Positions 1 to 19,000 of a stretch of DNA of 64,000 nucleotides are shown in pieces. Source of the DNA: Chrysomallon squamiferum (lineage: Eukaryota > Animalia > Mollusca); NCBI GenBank assembly GCA_012295275.1, contig CM022672.1:32984001-33048000 (forward strand), in the 5' to 3' direction. Numbering within the stretch: the first letter of the stretch is position 1; the number at the start of each line of letters is the position of its first letter. Below the pieces are notes generated by a model. It saw only the letters and a program-made list of their open reading frames with translations. It was not told where the DNA came from and made no database searches. The position numbers and the translations under genes were made by a program.

Positions 1-1842
1 CCAATCAAATAATTTTAAAGAGGAAAAAACTCTGCAAATGTATTTTAAACCATTTTTTATAAATGACAGGGAAATGTACTGATTTAAACTGTCATCTTTA
101 TTAAGTTAAAAAATATGACTTGGGATTGGCACAAAGAGCTGATTTTGACTAATTGCCCCAGTCTAGTAAACTTGTACATGGGCTTTTTTTTTTTTTTTAA
201 AATGACTTTTTAAAAATATACAACCTGCAAGTTGAAAATACTGGAGGATTCTGTCCAACGATCAAATGACTACACTTTATCACTGTTATTACCATTCAAA
301 TTATATTTATTTGTAAATCACTGGGGTAAAACTAGTTTTATAAACACAAAGGACTGAATCAATTTATGGCAAGGAAACAAATGTTTTAAATGACCCTGCC
401 AACTATTCCAGTTTCAACCAGACATAACAGGCTTTCTTTGTTCCTCTGAGCCACAGCTTGTTTATATATGTAATCAAATTAAATTGAAGTGGATATCATA
501 AATGACTGTACACAATTATATACAATAAAGATTTTAATTAAAAAAGCAAAGTAGGTCTAAAACTTGAAACAGGCTGCAGGAATCATGAACAAAAGTAAGA
601 ATATTTATTTTTTAATTACTTTTGTCACTTACAGCATGAATGTGCTAGAAAAACTATCAATGATTTACGTATTCATGACACTGGCTTGCTGAACTTTTCA
701 TATTTAAAAAATGTTACTTTGTACATGTCTAAGAGAAAAGTGACCTCTTCTGACTGTTCTAGCCTAGTGCAATCCTTTTGACTTAGATCAGACAGTACGA
801 ATACAACATTGTAGTCAATCAGTATTCTTGGATGTTTTTTTGATCATCATATCCAAGTCATTAACAATTAATTAATTTCATGTCTCTGCTATTAATGCTA
901 AACTGGGAAGGGAACTAATCAAAATGATTCAGATTTAAAGATATTTAAAAGACTACTTCATCATTTTCAAGCTTTATTCCATTTGTTAACTACTTAAAGC
1001 TGTGCGAACAATAAATTCATTAGACTTTCATTAATGATCTTAAATTTAAAATATTAGGTATGGAGAAATTGGTTTTGTTTCTTCTTTTAATTTAAATTAA
1101 AACAATACTATATATATATATATATATTAAATTTCTATAAAATCAGATATTGACTGGTAGTTGAAAGGAACAGTACTTTACTCAACAGTTTATAAAAATT
1201 CCTACAAAGGTATGGTGTAACTATAACTATTTAATAGCATAGCCTATACATTCCTTTTGTTGCAAATGTAACTTTCAGGATTTGTATGGTCACGACAAAA
1301 CCAGAATTGGGGACACTTGGCATTAATATACCTTCTGATTATATTGCTTAGGTTATATAGACGCCTAAACAAATAAAAAGTCAAAAGGTTAATGTAAATG
1401 AACTAGTGTTACTACGTATTCCTGTATTACAACAGATTCAAATGTATTTTTCAAACAGGAAATCTTTTGAAATGTTAAAATTCTTCTGCCTACTGCAGTT
1501 TTGCTTGCAGTTAGCTTTGAAAATAACACGTGGTCAGTGAAACAAAGTATTAACTAACATTTTATCTTAACTTTTTAAAAATTATACAAACAAACGAGAA
1601 GTAACACATTTATTATTCAGTTTATCTCCCCGGAAAAGTTTAAATTAAATTTAAAAAATCTTATACTGATGTAACCTAAGCAAAAAAACCCAACAAAAAT
1701 GAAAAAATATGAAAACATAATACTCTGAATCTGTAGTACATGTTACATTAATGTTAGTACTGTGTAATAGTTCAGATTGCAACGGATAATTTTGACTCGC
1801 CAAACCTCACACTGCTTTCTCGCCCTGTTTATCTCAGAAATA

Positions 1843-1872
1843 AACCGGAAGCCAATTTCGAGTCACGTGACT
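1843..1872. promoter_or_regulatory. Motif cluster upstream of HSPA5: ETS site, CCAAT box and palindromic E-box (CLEAR/USF type)
   Basis: CCGGAAG at about 1845-1851, CCAAT at 1852-1856 and the perfect 12-bp palindrome AGTCACGTGACT at 1861-1872, in a locally CpG-rich patch of an otherwise CpG-poor window. Confidence 0.5.
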
Positions 1873-2086
1873 TGTTTTGCCGGTGCGTTTTTCACGTTAA
1901 TTAGAAAGATTAATAAATTAAAAATAAAAATAATATTGAAAACCTATCAACAGTTTACAAGTCATCTGACCTACTGATAATAAATACGAACCATCGTTCT
2001 TGAAATCTTCGTAAAGATACATGAAACTGTGGATGATTATTCTAGAAACGTGTCACACTGAAAGGGACAATGTAAGTACACGCCAA

Positions 2087-2169
2087 CCAATCAAACCTGT
2101 ACAAGTCCACTAACCTCGTCCAACGAAACTACGCATATTGTATATTTCAACCAATCACATTTCGACACG
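2087..2169 (+). promoter_or_regulatory. ER-stress response element (ERSE)-like sites of the BiP promoter
   Basis: CCAAT-N9-ACACG at 2151-2169 is one mismatch from the ERSE consensus CCAAT-N9-CCACG. A weaker CCAAT-N9-ACAAG lies at 2087-2105. Both sit just upstream of the inferred first exon of HSPA5, the classic ERSE-regulated gene. Confidence 0.65.
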
Positions 2170-2199
2170 ACCATTTCTACAATATTAGATAAGCAGTGT

Positions 2200-2285
2200 G
2201 TGGAACGTTTGCTGTCAAGATCTCAACCAGTTTATTTCTCGATATTTAGATCAAAAATAATTGTCAGAAAAGGCTGATTTCAGAG
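2200..2285 (+). other. HSPA5: Probable non-coding first exon of HSPA5 (start approximate)
   Basis: Strong donor GAG|GTATGT at 2285/2286 downstream of the ERSE. The ATG at 3208 directly follows an acceptor (ttttccag|ATG), so an upstream exon is expected. Confidence 0.55.
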
Positions 2286-3092
2286 GTATGTATCTTAACA
2301 TATACGTAGAACAAGATTTTATTATTATTATTATTTTGAATTCCACTTAATTTATAAATAATTTCTTTGGAAAATAATTTTGTTACTAGAGCCGGCATAT
2401 TCAGGCCAACACACGTGTTTTTATATATTTTTTAATGTGTTTGACATATTTTGACTCTAAGTCAATATTTTATATTATTATAATTTTTTTTGATTTCAAT
2501 TTTTAATTTTTTATTATTGTTGCAGTGTGTCTGTTACTGAAACAGTTAATTAGAATAGTTCTGTTTTCAAATTCATGATCCTTAATAACACTAACAGTTG
2601 TAAAAATATAAAGTGGCATTTTTTCAAATACGTTGTTTATACGAAATACACTGAGTTGATTTAGATTCAGAAAAAAGAAAAAGGAATATTATGGTTAATT
2701 TTCGCTTTCTTTCAACGTTTATCTCAAATAATATACATAACCATATACCAGAATACACTTGGTTCCTTGACTTCATAAAAAAATAGTAAATTCGATAAGC
2801 AGAAGACCTGACAACATCCAGCAAGTTAAACTGTCAGTTCTATTCAGTCATTGAAACTGAAAGTCCAACACAGTATAAATTTTCCTCCATCAAAACAAAC
2901 ATCAGTTACTTGTCAGTATAGAAAGTATGCTTCTATCATGCCTATAACTAAGGATACATGAATCACAGAATGTATTTATCAGTATCCTGGAGCTATGGTG
3001 TCTGTTGTGTTGTAATATAAAATGAAGTTACGGTTCAAAGCCCTTGGGTCAGTACTTATTAGTAGAAAGATATTTTTAAGATTTCAAATTGG

Positions 3093-3094
<2 letters not shown>

Positions 3095-3149
<55 letters not shown>
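3095..3149. repeat. (CT)n microsatellite in the HSPA5 5'-UTR intron
   Basis: Pure CT run followed by short GGAT repeats. Confidence 0.9.
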
Positions 3150-3154
<5 letters not shown>

Positions 3155-3207
3155 GGATGGATGGATGGATTATATAGATATATATTGTATAAACTTCTAT
3201 TTTCCAG

Positions 3208-7211
<4,004 letters not shown>

Positions 7212-9799
7212 GAAAGACTTGTGACTAGTGATTGTTGTTCTGAACTGTTCATTTTGTATTTTACATATATTTATAAAGTGCTGTTGGGTGGGAAATTGTT
7301 TAAAGGTTTTTTTTTCAAAAAAAAAAAAAAAAAAAAAAATTAAAATAATATCCAATTTATTTATTTAAGTAAAGAAAAATATTTGGAGTACTTCATTCCA
7401 CATGTTGAGCTGAAGTTTCTTTTTATAATTCGACTTAAAAAAAGAATTCTGGGAGTTTTGTTCTTTTTCATCTTTCTAGTATACAATTATTACTGTTAGT
7501 TTGTAGGATCTTAAGGTTATTTAACACTTGTCAGAAATTGAGGTAGATTAATGTCATACACACATGTGAATTTGTTATATATGTAAGTGTTGAAAATGTA
7601 CATTTTGCTGTGAATACAGGCATCTCATTGTTGTGTCAGTCTGGAAGTTCCGAATGATTGGTGAATATTTGAAAAATGTATGGATAAAAGTTTATTTTAT
7701 TTTTTGGAGTTGGTTGTTTTATAAATTTCTTTATTCTCAGGCCAGTTTAAATAACCTAGCAGTTGATGATGAGCAGATGTAAATAATATTTGGTCAAAAT
7801 GTTTTCAGATCAGTTTAATTTCACATGCATTGTAAAGCTATAGTTAACTTACATAATGGAAAGGCTTTAGAAACCCTATTTACTTACACAATGGAAGAGA
7901 TGATATAACTTTATTTTTATATGCCTAGAAAGAAAATAATTATTATATTTTAGATGAATGTTAGTGTTCACTGCCACTTTCAATGCATTTATCATAACAT
8001 ATTTCAAATATGCAAATAAAAATAATTAACAACAAATAACAAAATTCTGACATATCCCAGACTTTGAAAATCCAAAGAATAATTGGATGTTAATGCTTGT
8101 AAATGGTGCAGATTATCAAATGCATATGCATATATATTACTCGCTGAATTAAAAATGTATATATAATAAATAATTACATTCATGAAAATCTCATAACAGA
8201 ATTAAATGGGCATTGGTTAATTCAACACTAAAACCACTTGGAAGAAAGGCGAAAACGCAACAAATGTTACATTCGAAGTCCTCTCTAGTCAGAAGTAATT
8301 CCATTTATAATATTTCGTTTCAAGAAAAACAAGTTTGCCAACTCTGGGTGTGAAATAAAAAACAACAAGTATCCTTTTGCAAAGTTTCAGCACATTAAGG
8401 AAAATTTACTACATAACCTTTCAATGCAAATGTATTTTTTGAAATAAAATATGACAAGAAAATAAAATTTTATTTTTTGTTCTGTTGCATTTTCCCAACC
8501 TAATCTTGAGTTTGATACAAACCTATTGAATGTTGGTTTTTAATTCATGTTTCTTCTGGTATAAGAAACCAAGAAAAAAAACGGTGAAAAAAAATAGGTT
8601 GAGGCTTACATATTTGAGAGAGAGAGAACAGATAAAACAGTAACAAAAAAAATGACAAAATGGAAATAATTTAATCTAAACAAACGAGAGCTATAAACAA
8701 CTGCAGAAAAAAGACAAGTCAGTTCAAACTTTCCCCTAGAGCTGTTTGTATTTTGATTTGTCCAGTTACCTTTCCTTTCTCTAAATAAGTTTTTAAATTA
8801 AATTGCAGAAATAGGCTCTTATTAATAATATATCAAGAATAATAATAAAATTCTCTTATCTACTGGAGACTATTTTGAAATAAGCTAGCATGAAATATTT
8901 TAACTATTATAATCTGGTCGCAACATTTTTATCACAGCTAAATATTGTTTGCAGAATTAATTTTAATATTATTTCAATATATATATATATAGGAAAGGAA
9001 TAAAACTGCAAAAGTAATACGCTAGCATAATACTAGTTCTAACTTTTAATAAATTTGAAACAAAAGTCCCCCCCCCTCTTGTTCTATCTGGACTGAATTA
9101 CTATGGCAGCAGAATGAACTTTAATTATCTTGTGAAAAATAAAATAATAAATAAAAAAAATTAATTAATTAAATGGATAAAACTTATAAACTGACAAATA
9201 GTCAATGATACCATAGTCTCTGCAAATAGCAACAATTAACTGTTAAGATAATACGAACAAAAAATGGGACTTGAAATTCTGATTAACAGATAAATGAAAA
9301 AAAACAAACAATAATATATGTGTATATACATATTATTCTAGAGTCTAGGTTAGGGGTATGTTGCCTACCAAACTGGTCATCCACAGCTGAAATAAAAGTG
9401 AAAAAAGAAATCTACACAATTTGTAAATATTGAATTTTTATTCGATAAAAGATTTCATTCACATTCAAAGTATGTACATAAAAATTGTGCAACAAAAAAG
9501 AAAAACATTTCCTCAAATGTATTTTTAACCAATGAATCAACAACATTTTAAAAAGTAACAATTTTAAGTAAAATCAATTAATAACCATACATATTAATTC
9601 TTTCCTGTACATCTGAATTTCAATTTCTCGTTTCTTTTTTTCTTCCGATTGATGCAATTAGTAAAGATATTAAAACTCACAGCTGCGATAATTTCTTAAG
9701 TGTCTGAATTGTAATAGAAATAAGGTTTTCCATTCCTCACAGTCAAGTACCAAAACCATTACTTGGTATTTATTAATTTATTTATTTATTTATGTATTT

Positions 9800-9830
<31 letters not shown>

Positions 9831-10228
9831 CTTTTATAGCAATAAATAATAATGTTATCATTTATAATAATAATAACAAAAAAATGAAAGGGAAGTATTG
9901 CTGAAGGCTTCAATCTCCATTAAGAACATTAAATACCAAAAATTTATTTTGATAAAAAACCTCCAAAAACCACCATGCTGAAGTGTAATGAAAAAAAAAA
10001 AAAAAAACTCTCAGGCTTTATACTTTTTCAGGGAATTTTGCTTATTATTGAATAACTGAATAGTTATACAGTGAAACAACAGTAACAAAATTCAAGTCAA
10101 ATGGTAGAACTACATGCAAAAAAAAAAAGGAAAAACGAATTTGTATTGAAAGACAAAATTTATGAACATTATCAGCATTCATTGTCAGATGAAACACAGT
10201 ATTCTATGAATTCAGAATGATTATGCAT

Positions 10229-10277
<49 letters not shown>

Positions 10278-10444
10278 TAGACACACAGAGAAACAAATAA
10301 ATAGAAATAATTGCATTATTTCAAAATTAATGCCACTGATAATTCTTGATATGATCATGTTATTCAATCAATTCACATCATAAAATAGTTTATATTAATA
10401 TTATTATAAAAGTAGTAGTAGCAGCAGTAGTAGTAGTAGTAGTA

Positions 10445-10497
<53 letters not shown>

Positions 10498-10768
10498 TGA
10501 ATATCAGGCTAATACAAATCAAACACTGTAGTGGTGACTGACAATAAATACTGTATTTGTAACATAATTTAAATACTGTATTAGCAAAGTTTGTGAAAAA
10601 TTGTTCACATTCTGAGATTCGTTTATAAAAAAAAAAATTAAATAAAAACATATATACAACAATATTTAAAAGATATTCTCACAAATGCAATTTGTATCAT
10701 CTGACAGATACTGAGAATATAAATATATTTCTCATACCTGTGATAATTATGATCACTTACTATAATCA

Positions 10769-10804
<36 letters not shown>

Positions 10805-12430
10805 TATTATTATTATTATTATTATTAACCAACATCATCATCAGATGTTATGACCGGTTGTTACTGGAACTAAAACAATTTGACAATACTTAACTGAAAT
10901 TAAGTATACGATCATTAGTATACCATCATTATCAATATTATGCATACATTCAAAATGGCTATACTCTCTTTGTCCTGTTTGAGAATAAATGACTTTTTTC
11001 TTCCTTATCTTTTTAATTCATATTAAAACAATCTGACAATACTTAACTGAAATTATGAACATTCAAAATGATCAAATATAATTTACGCTTTCTTTTTTCT
11101 CTTTCCTTCTTTTTTTAAAGTTTGTTCTCTATTCTAAATTATTACATTTTTTCATCTAGACAAAAATAATATAAAACTTCAGATATTATTTCGAATTGCA
11201 TAGTGGAAACACAGGATTTAAAATTCTGTAAATATTTATCTATTGGCTGATCTTTTTCTGATATGCTTTGAGCAGTTTTATCTTTTATTCTGACAATAAT
11301 AAACAATCATAAACAACAATAAATAAAAACAGACATATGAACTGCATATATACATTATAAGCTACACTAGACCATATACACATACATACATACATACATA
11401 CACATGCATGCACATTAATTTTGATTCTGAAACATTTTAATAATTAGACAAGTGTGAATAAAACAGTGATTTACAACTGTGCAGATTATTTACAATGAAT
11501 TAATAAATTAAATTTACTTTGATCCATTGTTGATAATAATATGTCATAAAACAAAAAAACAAAAAACAAAATCACAAAATAAATATTATTTTCCTTTTAT
11601 TTTCTTCTTCTTCTTATTAAATTTATATCCTTTTTGATTAAAAACAAAACAAGTTATCCTAACATAAGAAAAGATTCAATGTTCCTAGCTATAATTTTCA
11701 GTTTTACAGGTCACATGATAAAATTAATCAAAAGTTCAAACTTCCATAGTTTACTAAATATTAAAATTATCAAAAATTTAGGATCTACTCTTTAAAAAAA
11801 AAATTGTTATTCATATAAAATAACATAAAAACATGATCTAGGCTATTCATATAAAAATGACTTCTATTTTCTGTGCCAGTAAGAAATATAAGAATTATAT
11901 TCTTTAAAAAAAATAATATTAGCTTAATACATTTCCAACCAAAAACAAAATCTAATAACCAGTAGCAGAAATTTAAACTTAAATGTTTTTTTGTAAACAT
12001 GCTCTGTTACTAAACACAAAATTGGCTATACCTGGAAGATCATTTCCATGGAAACCAGTTTAAAATAATATTTTGGCAGTTTGAAACAGTTAAATAAAAA
12101 TGATTTATTAATGCTGTGCAAACACTGGAAATGCCATTTATAATAAATTTGTTAATAATAATAAATATGTATATAGTCTTTTTTGTGTTTTTTTATTATT
12201 ATTATTATTATTTTATTTTTTTTAACTAATTTTTTTTTTTTTTTAATTTTAGAAAAGTATTTCTTTATTTTTCATTACAGCTAAGCTTTTGTCACCTGAA
12301 TTTTAATTGTGAAGTTATTTTTAACTGTACAGTGTAGTAAAAGAAAATAATTAAAAATGCCATCAATTATTCAAAACATATTTACACATCCTATTAACAA
12401 GATAAAAAAATAAACTAATAAATAAATAAA

Positions 12431-12476
<46 letters not shown>

Positions 12477-13440
12477 GCTAGTGATATGAAAGCGTGTGTA
12501 TTATTCCCTTTGGACTAACAATCTTTAGATCCATTAAGAAACATTATTCTATGTTTCGATGTTTCACTTTTCTACATTCATTGCTTTTATCTGTCTTTCA
12601 CATAATCAAAAATGTCTATTTTCTAGATCAAGACATAATAAGATTATTACAAATATTCATTATTCAAATCCTAAACACATCTATCAAACCCCTTAACCAA
12701 TTTATCATGTTTGTTTAGAACAGAAACCCCAATTTCTAACTATTGTTCACTACAAAATTGTAGAAAAATAAGTTTTTATCATATATATTATTGTTATTTT
12801 TTTAGATTATGCATATATCTATTTTACTATTACATCCTGCATTGATATCAGAAATAGAAACAATCATAGGTTTTAATGCTTTCTTATTAAATCATGTTTA
12901 TAGTTGCCATTTGTTGTTTTTGTTGTTGCTTTTTATTGTTGTGTTTATGTTATAAATTTCCTGTAATAAATAATTCTGCTGCTACTTTTATTTATCAAAA
13001 ATTAATAAAATTTAATATTTTAATTTTTAATTCATGATACCATAACTGATCAATATCCAATTTGAAAATGTACATAACCCCTATGATATTAAAAATAATT
13101 ATGTTTATTTAAAACAACTTTATAATAATTCAATAAAAAATTGGATAAAAAAAAATCAACAATTAATATGTACAAATTTTATAATGTTTCTGTTAGTAAC
13201 TTGTATTAAGTTTCAATAATATTTTGATAAAACAGCTATAGTAATAATGCTGATAATTATAAAAATAATACATTAACAGAGCCATAATATTTAAATCAAA
13301 GTAAATACATTTTATATAATAAATAATTAAAACAACAATAAGATTTTATACATCATTGATTATAATTTATAAGTTTTATATTTCATAATTAATGACAGTA
13401 TTAACAGTTATAACATTAATAATAACTGAGCTAAATAGTA

Positions 13441-13482
<42 letters not shown>

Positions 13483-14393
13483 TAATAATAATAATAAATA
13501 AATAATGTTATCTGAATCAGTGACAGATATTTACATAATTATGCCAAATATTTGCTTTATAATTATTTAAAGAGTGATCAAGATTCAAAAATCCAATAAA
13601 ACATTTATTATATTATGTTCAGTCTTTCAGTTTATATGTATTATGTGACATTTACCAAACAAACTAAGGGGAGGTAAATCAGAAAAACAGGATTATTTCA
13701 GAAGATAAATTGCAAATTTAGTGCTGAAACATTTTGTGAATCACTAACAATCCTATTAATTATAAAATTTAACAAACAAAATAATTAAGTATCCCAAAAT
13801 ATTATTATTTAAATATTATTAAAAAAATGTATCAATTTATTATGCAGTGAATTCTTATTATGTAACATTATTTCAAATAATACATTTTCATTACTTCCTT
13901 TTACGTCATTTAATGTTATTTGTTTACAGAGTAAACAAAACAATAATTTTCTTAACTGTAAAATACTTCTTTTAGAAGTAAGAGGGTTTAGAAAAAGTTA
14001 TGGATTTGTTTTCCAAATGCTTCACTGGATATTCCCTATACAATATGTATAATTTAAACATTATAAATATTTAAACAAAGAAATTATTATTTGAACAAAT
14101 GTTTCTATGCCGAATTCTTATTTTTGTTTAAGAAATTACAGAGATCTTAGCAGACTGTAAAACTGAGATAACTGTTGTTGCTGCCAGTTATGTAATGACT
14201 ATGAGCAAAAACAATGATATTTCTGTCTGTCCCTATTTTCATTACACTTACACACACACAAACACAGACAAACATACATACATGCATGTTTACACACACA
14301 CACACACACACTTTCTCTCACAGAATCTCACAAAATACACAATCACCAAAAAATACAAACACACATCGTTGTAAAAAAAAAAAAAAAACACGC

Positions 14394-14432
<39 letters not shown>

Positions 14433-14442
14433 ACACACACTA

Positions 14443-15102
14443 CTATGTCCAGTTAATGGGCAGTGGATGTCCTTCACTGTTGAAAACAAACTTGTCCAAA
14501 GGCAGCAGGTTAGGGTCGTCACTGAACAATAAATAGAAATACTTGAGGGTCTCGGCGAGGAAGAACGACTCCTGTTTGTCTCGGAATCCTGGGTTGCCGA
14601 GGTTTTTAACATTACTGATGGACGAATAGCCTCCATCAGCGACTTTTGTGTGTTTTTCAAATGCTAGGAATATCTGCCATCCCCACTCTCGGTATTTCTT
14701 GTCCCCGGTCAGGCGGTAGAGGTAAAACAAACTTTCGACAGTTTCAGGTCTCAGCAGATTGTGTGAATCAAGAGGCTTTGAAAAAAAAAAAAATTAAAAT
14801 AAAAATGTAGAAAAAATAAATAAATAAATAAATAAATAAAAAAAAAAATTAAAATAAAAAATAAAATAAGTGACCACAAAATGTTAAGTTAAAAAAAATG
14901 AAAAAAACAAAAATGTAGAAAAAAAAATAAAATAAATAAAATAATAAGTGACCACAAAATGATAAAGATAATTTTGTTTTTGTTAAAATGGAGAAAAAAA
15001 AAAAAAAAATTAAAGAAATGAATAATAATAATAAAAAAAACCCAAAAAATAAATAAAAAATTTAAAAAAATAATTATAAATAATAAAAATAAAATAAAAA
15101 AG

Positions 15103-15141
<39 letters not shown>

Positions 15142-16026
15142 ATTAATTAATTAATTAATTAATTAATAAACTTAAAACAGAAAAATAATTATCCAATTTA
15201 TGATATCATCATTACATGCCCAAGTTATATTAGATAAAACAAACATACAACTATAAACTGAAATGAACCACAGAATGAACTAAGTAACAAGATGCAAACA
15301 CATATTTATTATTACAAATAAATAAATAAATGCTGGTTTATTCAAAAATCTGTTTTAAGATTTATTGATTAATAACTGGAGAGAACATTTTTATTCTTAT
15401 TAACTTGTCGCAGTATTCTTTCCTTAAAATATTTTTAAAATGCTTAAATAAAATGGATGAAATTAAAACAAATTAAAAAAAATAATAATTAGAAAATGCT
15501 TTTAAACTGTAAAAGAACACTTAAAAACAAAAATATTTATTAATAATTTTGAAAAAAAAAAAAACCCCCCCAACCATGAAATAAATAAAAAGTCCCTACC
15601 TTCACAATAAGATCTTCCTTTGCACCAGGTGCCATATTGAAGTAAGTGATTTCGGGACTGAGTTTGGTCGGCATGCGTTTGTAAGTCTCGTAACACGTGT
15701 GTACCAGGTCTTTGGCTAGGTCCATGTGATCTTGGCTAAGACCAAAATGAGTTCCAAGAGCAAGAGTTCCAGCAAGAAAACACACCAAGTGATCCTGTGT
15801 AACAATTCATTAAAATTTAATACTCTGTGTGTGTATGGTGTATATTTTTGTGTTTTGTGTGTGTGTGTGTGTGAGTGTGAGTGGTTTTGGTGTGGGATTT
15901 TTTTTGTGTGTGTGTGTGTGTGTGTGTGTATTATAAACGATAATAGGCAACAAATAATGTAACCTATTTATTTTCTCTTTAAGGAAATAAATATATTAAT
16001 ATATTTATTTATTTATTTCCTTATTT

Positions 16027-16071
<45 letters not shown>

Positions 16072-19000
16072 TATGTTTTACAAAGATAAAAATACAAAAT
16101 GGAATAAACAAAACATCATAAAGAAATAATTAAAAAAATAAATTAAATAATTTTGTGAATTTTATAATCTATATACTTTCTATCATAATATATTACACTT
16201 TAATTAATACTTTATAATGTAAGTTTCATCCTGTTTTGTAATTTTGTAATACTCTTAATTTTATATAACATTATGATAGATTATAAAATTCAAACAAATA
16301 AGTCACTTATTTTTTAAAAATTTCTTCTTGTATTAATTCAAAGAAAACAAATACACCAGTACATTTAATTTACTATAACAAACATTCAAAACAAGACAAA
16401 AACTAGAACATAAAGTATTAATTAAAATGTAATACTGCTATTATTATTGTGACAGAACATTATACAGATTATAAAATCCACAAAAGGATTTAATTAATTT
16501 ATTTTTCGTCCCCTATTAAAAAAAAAACATTAAAAAATACCAATACAATTTACTTACCATGATAAAAAAAAAAAAAATAGAGTATAAAATATAATTAAGT
16601 ATCTAAACTTGTACTGCTTATATACAACTGAGATCAGTAACTATGTGATAACTGAGTTCAGTGTTATTAATTAACTGTCAAAAATGAATCCAGGTTATCA
16701 AGGATATGAAAATAAAAAAAAAGAGATAAGTTACCATTTTAGGACTGAATGATTTGCCAGCTAGAAGTTCTCCTACAAACACTAGTTTGCTTGGCTCCGA
16801 CTTTCTTACAAGTTTCTGCCGAATTCCATCAACTGCGACCAGGTAGTCATCCTTGAAACTTGAAATAAAACACATTGAAACATTTTAGTAATAATAACAG
16901 TGATATATATGTATATATATATATTTATATATATACAGATAGATAGATATAAATAGATATATATAGATATATATATATATTAAGATAAAAGTAAAACCTT
17001 TTAATAATAACAATAATGATGATGATGATATATATATCTACATGGTGGTCCAAAGTAGGTTGTCAGCATTACATTAAAATAATTATAGTCATAAAATTTT
17101 AAATAATATAGCACAAATATATATTATTACAATGAACACCATTGTAATAATATAACCCTAACCCACATACTGTCCACCTACTTTTGGAACACCCTGTACA
17201 TACACACACACATACACACACATGTATGTATGTACATACATAAATATAAATATAAATATATACACACATAAATATAAATTAAAATTTTAATTGAATTGAT
17301 ATAACTTTATTCTTGAATGTATGAAAAAACAACAATAAAAAAAAAATAATAAATAAATAAAAAAAAGAAATCCATATGAAAATTTATCTCATACAAACAC
17401 ACACAAACATCACTCTCAAATATAAATTTTATAAAAAAAAACAACAAACTAACAGAAATATAAATGATGAATGAGTCTAAAGAAGAAGAAGAAGAAAAAA
17501 ACATTGAGAAGAAACTTACACATCAAGTTTTTTCCCACTCTGGATCCACTGTTTGAGAAGGTATTCGTAATAACTATCTCCCCTGGCTCCAAGAGTTATG
17601 GTTCCTGTTGGACGGAACTGACCACTCAAAGCGTTGATGAAGATTGGTACAAGTCCCATGTTTTTGGGTTGGTCATGCACTTGCATGGATACTGCATGTA
17701 CCACTTTCTGTAAAAAAAAAAAAAAATTTAAACAATTGCTTGATGTTGTTAATTGTAGAATTTAACAAGAATGTAATAGCAATAAATAATGAATACTCAT
17801 GAATGTGAACAAATGTGAACAAACACAGATAAACACACCAAATACAAATCTCACATATACATAATATATTTAAGTAAACAAAAAATAATTACTTTAACCC
17901 ACTTTCTCTAATAAATATATTAGACAGAGAGATTTCATAAATATACCTGAACAATCACCGTAAATTTCATTTACGTTTAAAAATTTATTATTTTTACCTC
18001 AAGTTTTATAAATATACCTGAACAATCATGTAAACTTCATTTATATTTAAAAATGTATTATTTAAACCGCAAATTTCATAAATATACCTTAGCAATCCAT
18101 GTAAATTTCATTTACATTTAAAAATGAATGATTTTAACCTAAAATTTTATAAATATACCTGAACAATCATGTAAACTTCATTTAAGTTTAAAAATTTATT
18201 ATTTTAACCCCAAATTATATATATATATATATAGATATACACACCTGAACAATGTAGATAAACATTATTTACATTTAAAGAATTTATGATGATTTTTACC
18301 TCAAATTATTCTAGATTATACCTGAACAATGCAGGCAAACTTTATTTAAGTTTCAAAAATTTATGATTTTAGTCTCAAATTTCATAAATTATTTTACCTA
18401 TATTTTAAATATATTTAACAATATAGGTAAACATTATTTACATTTAAAAAATTTATGACAATTTTTACCTCAAATTTTCTAGATTATACCTAAACACTCC
18501 AGGCAAACTTTATGTAACATTTAAAGAATTTACAATGACTTTACTTCAAATTTGTTTTCTCCAGCGACTCGACTAAGATCTCTGAACTCCAGCTGCAACG
18601 TTGTCACCTCTGATGTGCTGCTGTCGGGTCCCCAGGATGGGGCGTGGGCGTAGCCAGTCTGCAGGTTCACGTCTGAGTAGGGGATTTTCGAAGGAGAGTT
18701 GAAACAAGGAAGCAGTCGGTTTCCCAACTCTATCTGAAAAAAACAATTTTTAAAATTCTAACTGAAAATGTTTTAAGTATTTCCACCATAGTGAATTTTA
18801 TATTATTATTTAAAATAATAATTTGTAAACAGATTAAAAGTTTGTGTAATCTCGTGAACCATGAAAACAGAAATGATTTTAATAAAAAAATGAACACACC
18901 CAGATTTTAATCTCTAAAATTATTTTTAAAGTCCCAAATTGTTAAGTAGATTCTAAAATTTCAAACATGGATGGAATCTTAAGTATTTCTTTTGTCCTTG

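Noticed and set aside
1995-2050. Heat-shock element in the HSPA5 promoter
   Set aside because: Only two correctly spaced nGAAn units (TTCTAGAA; TTCTTGAA); the third unit is out of register.
7700-14400. Hidden gene between HSPA5 and MAN1B1
   Set aside because: Extremely AT-rich with microsatellites; no exon-like coding segment found. Probably UTR and intergenic DNA.
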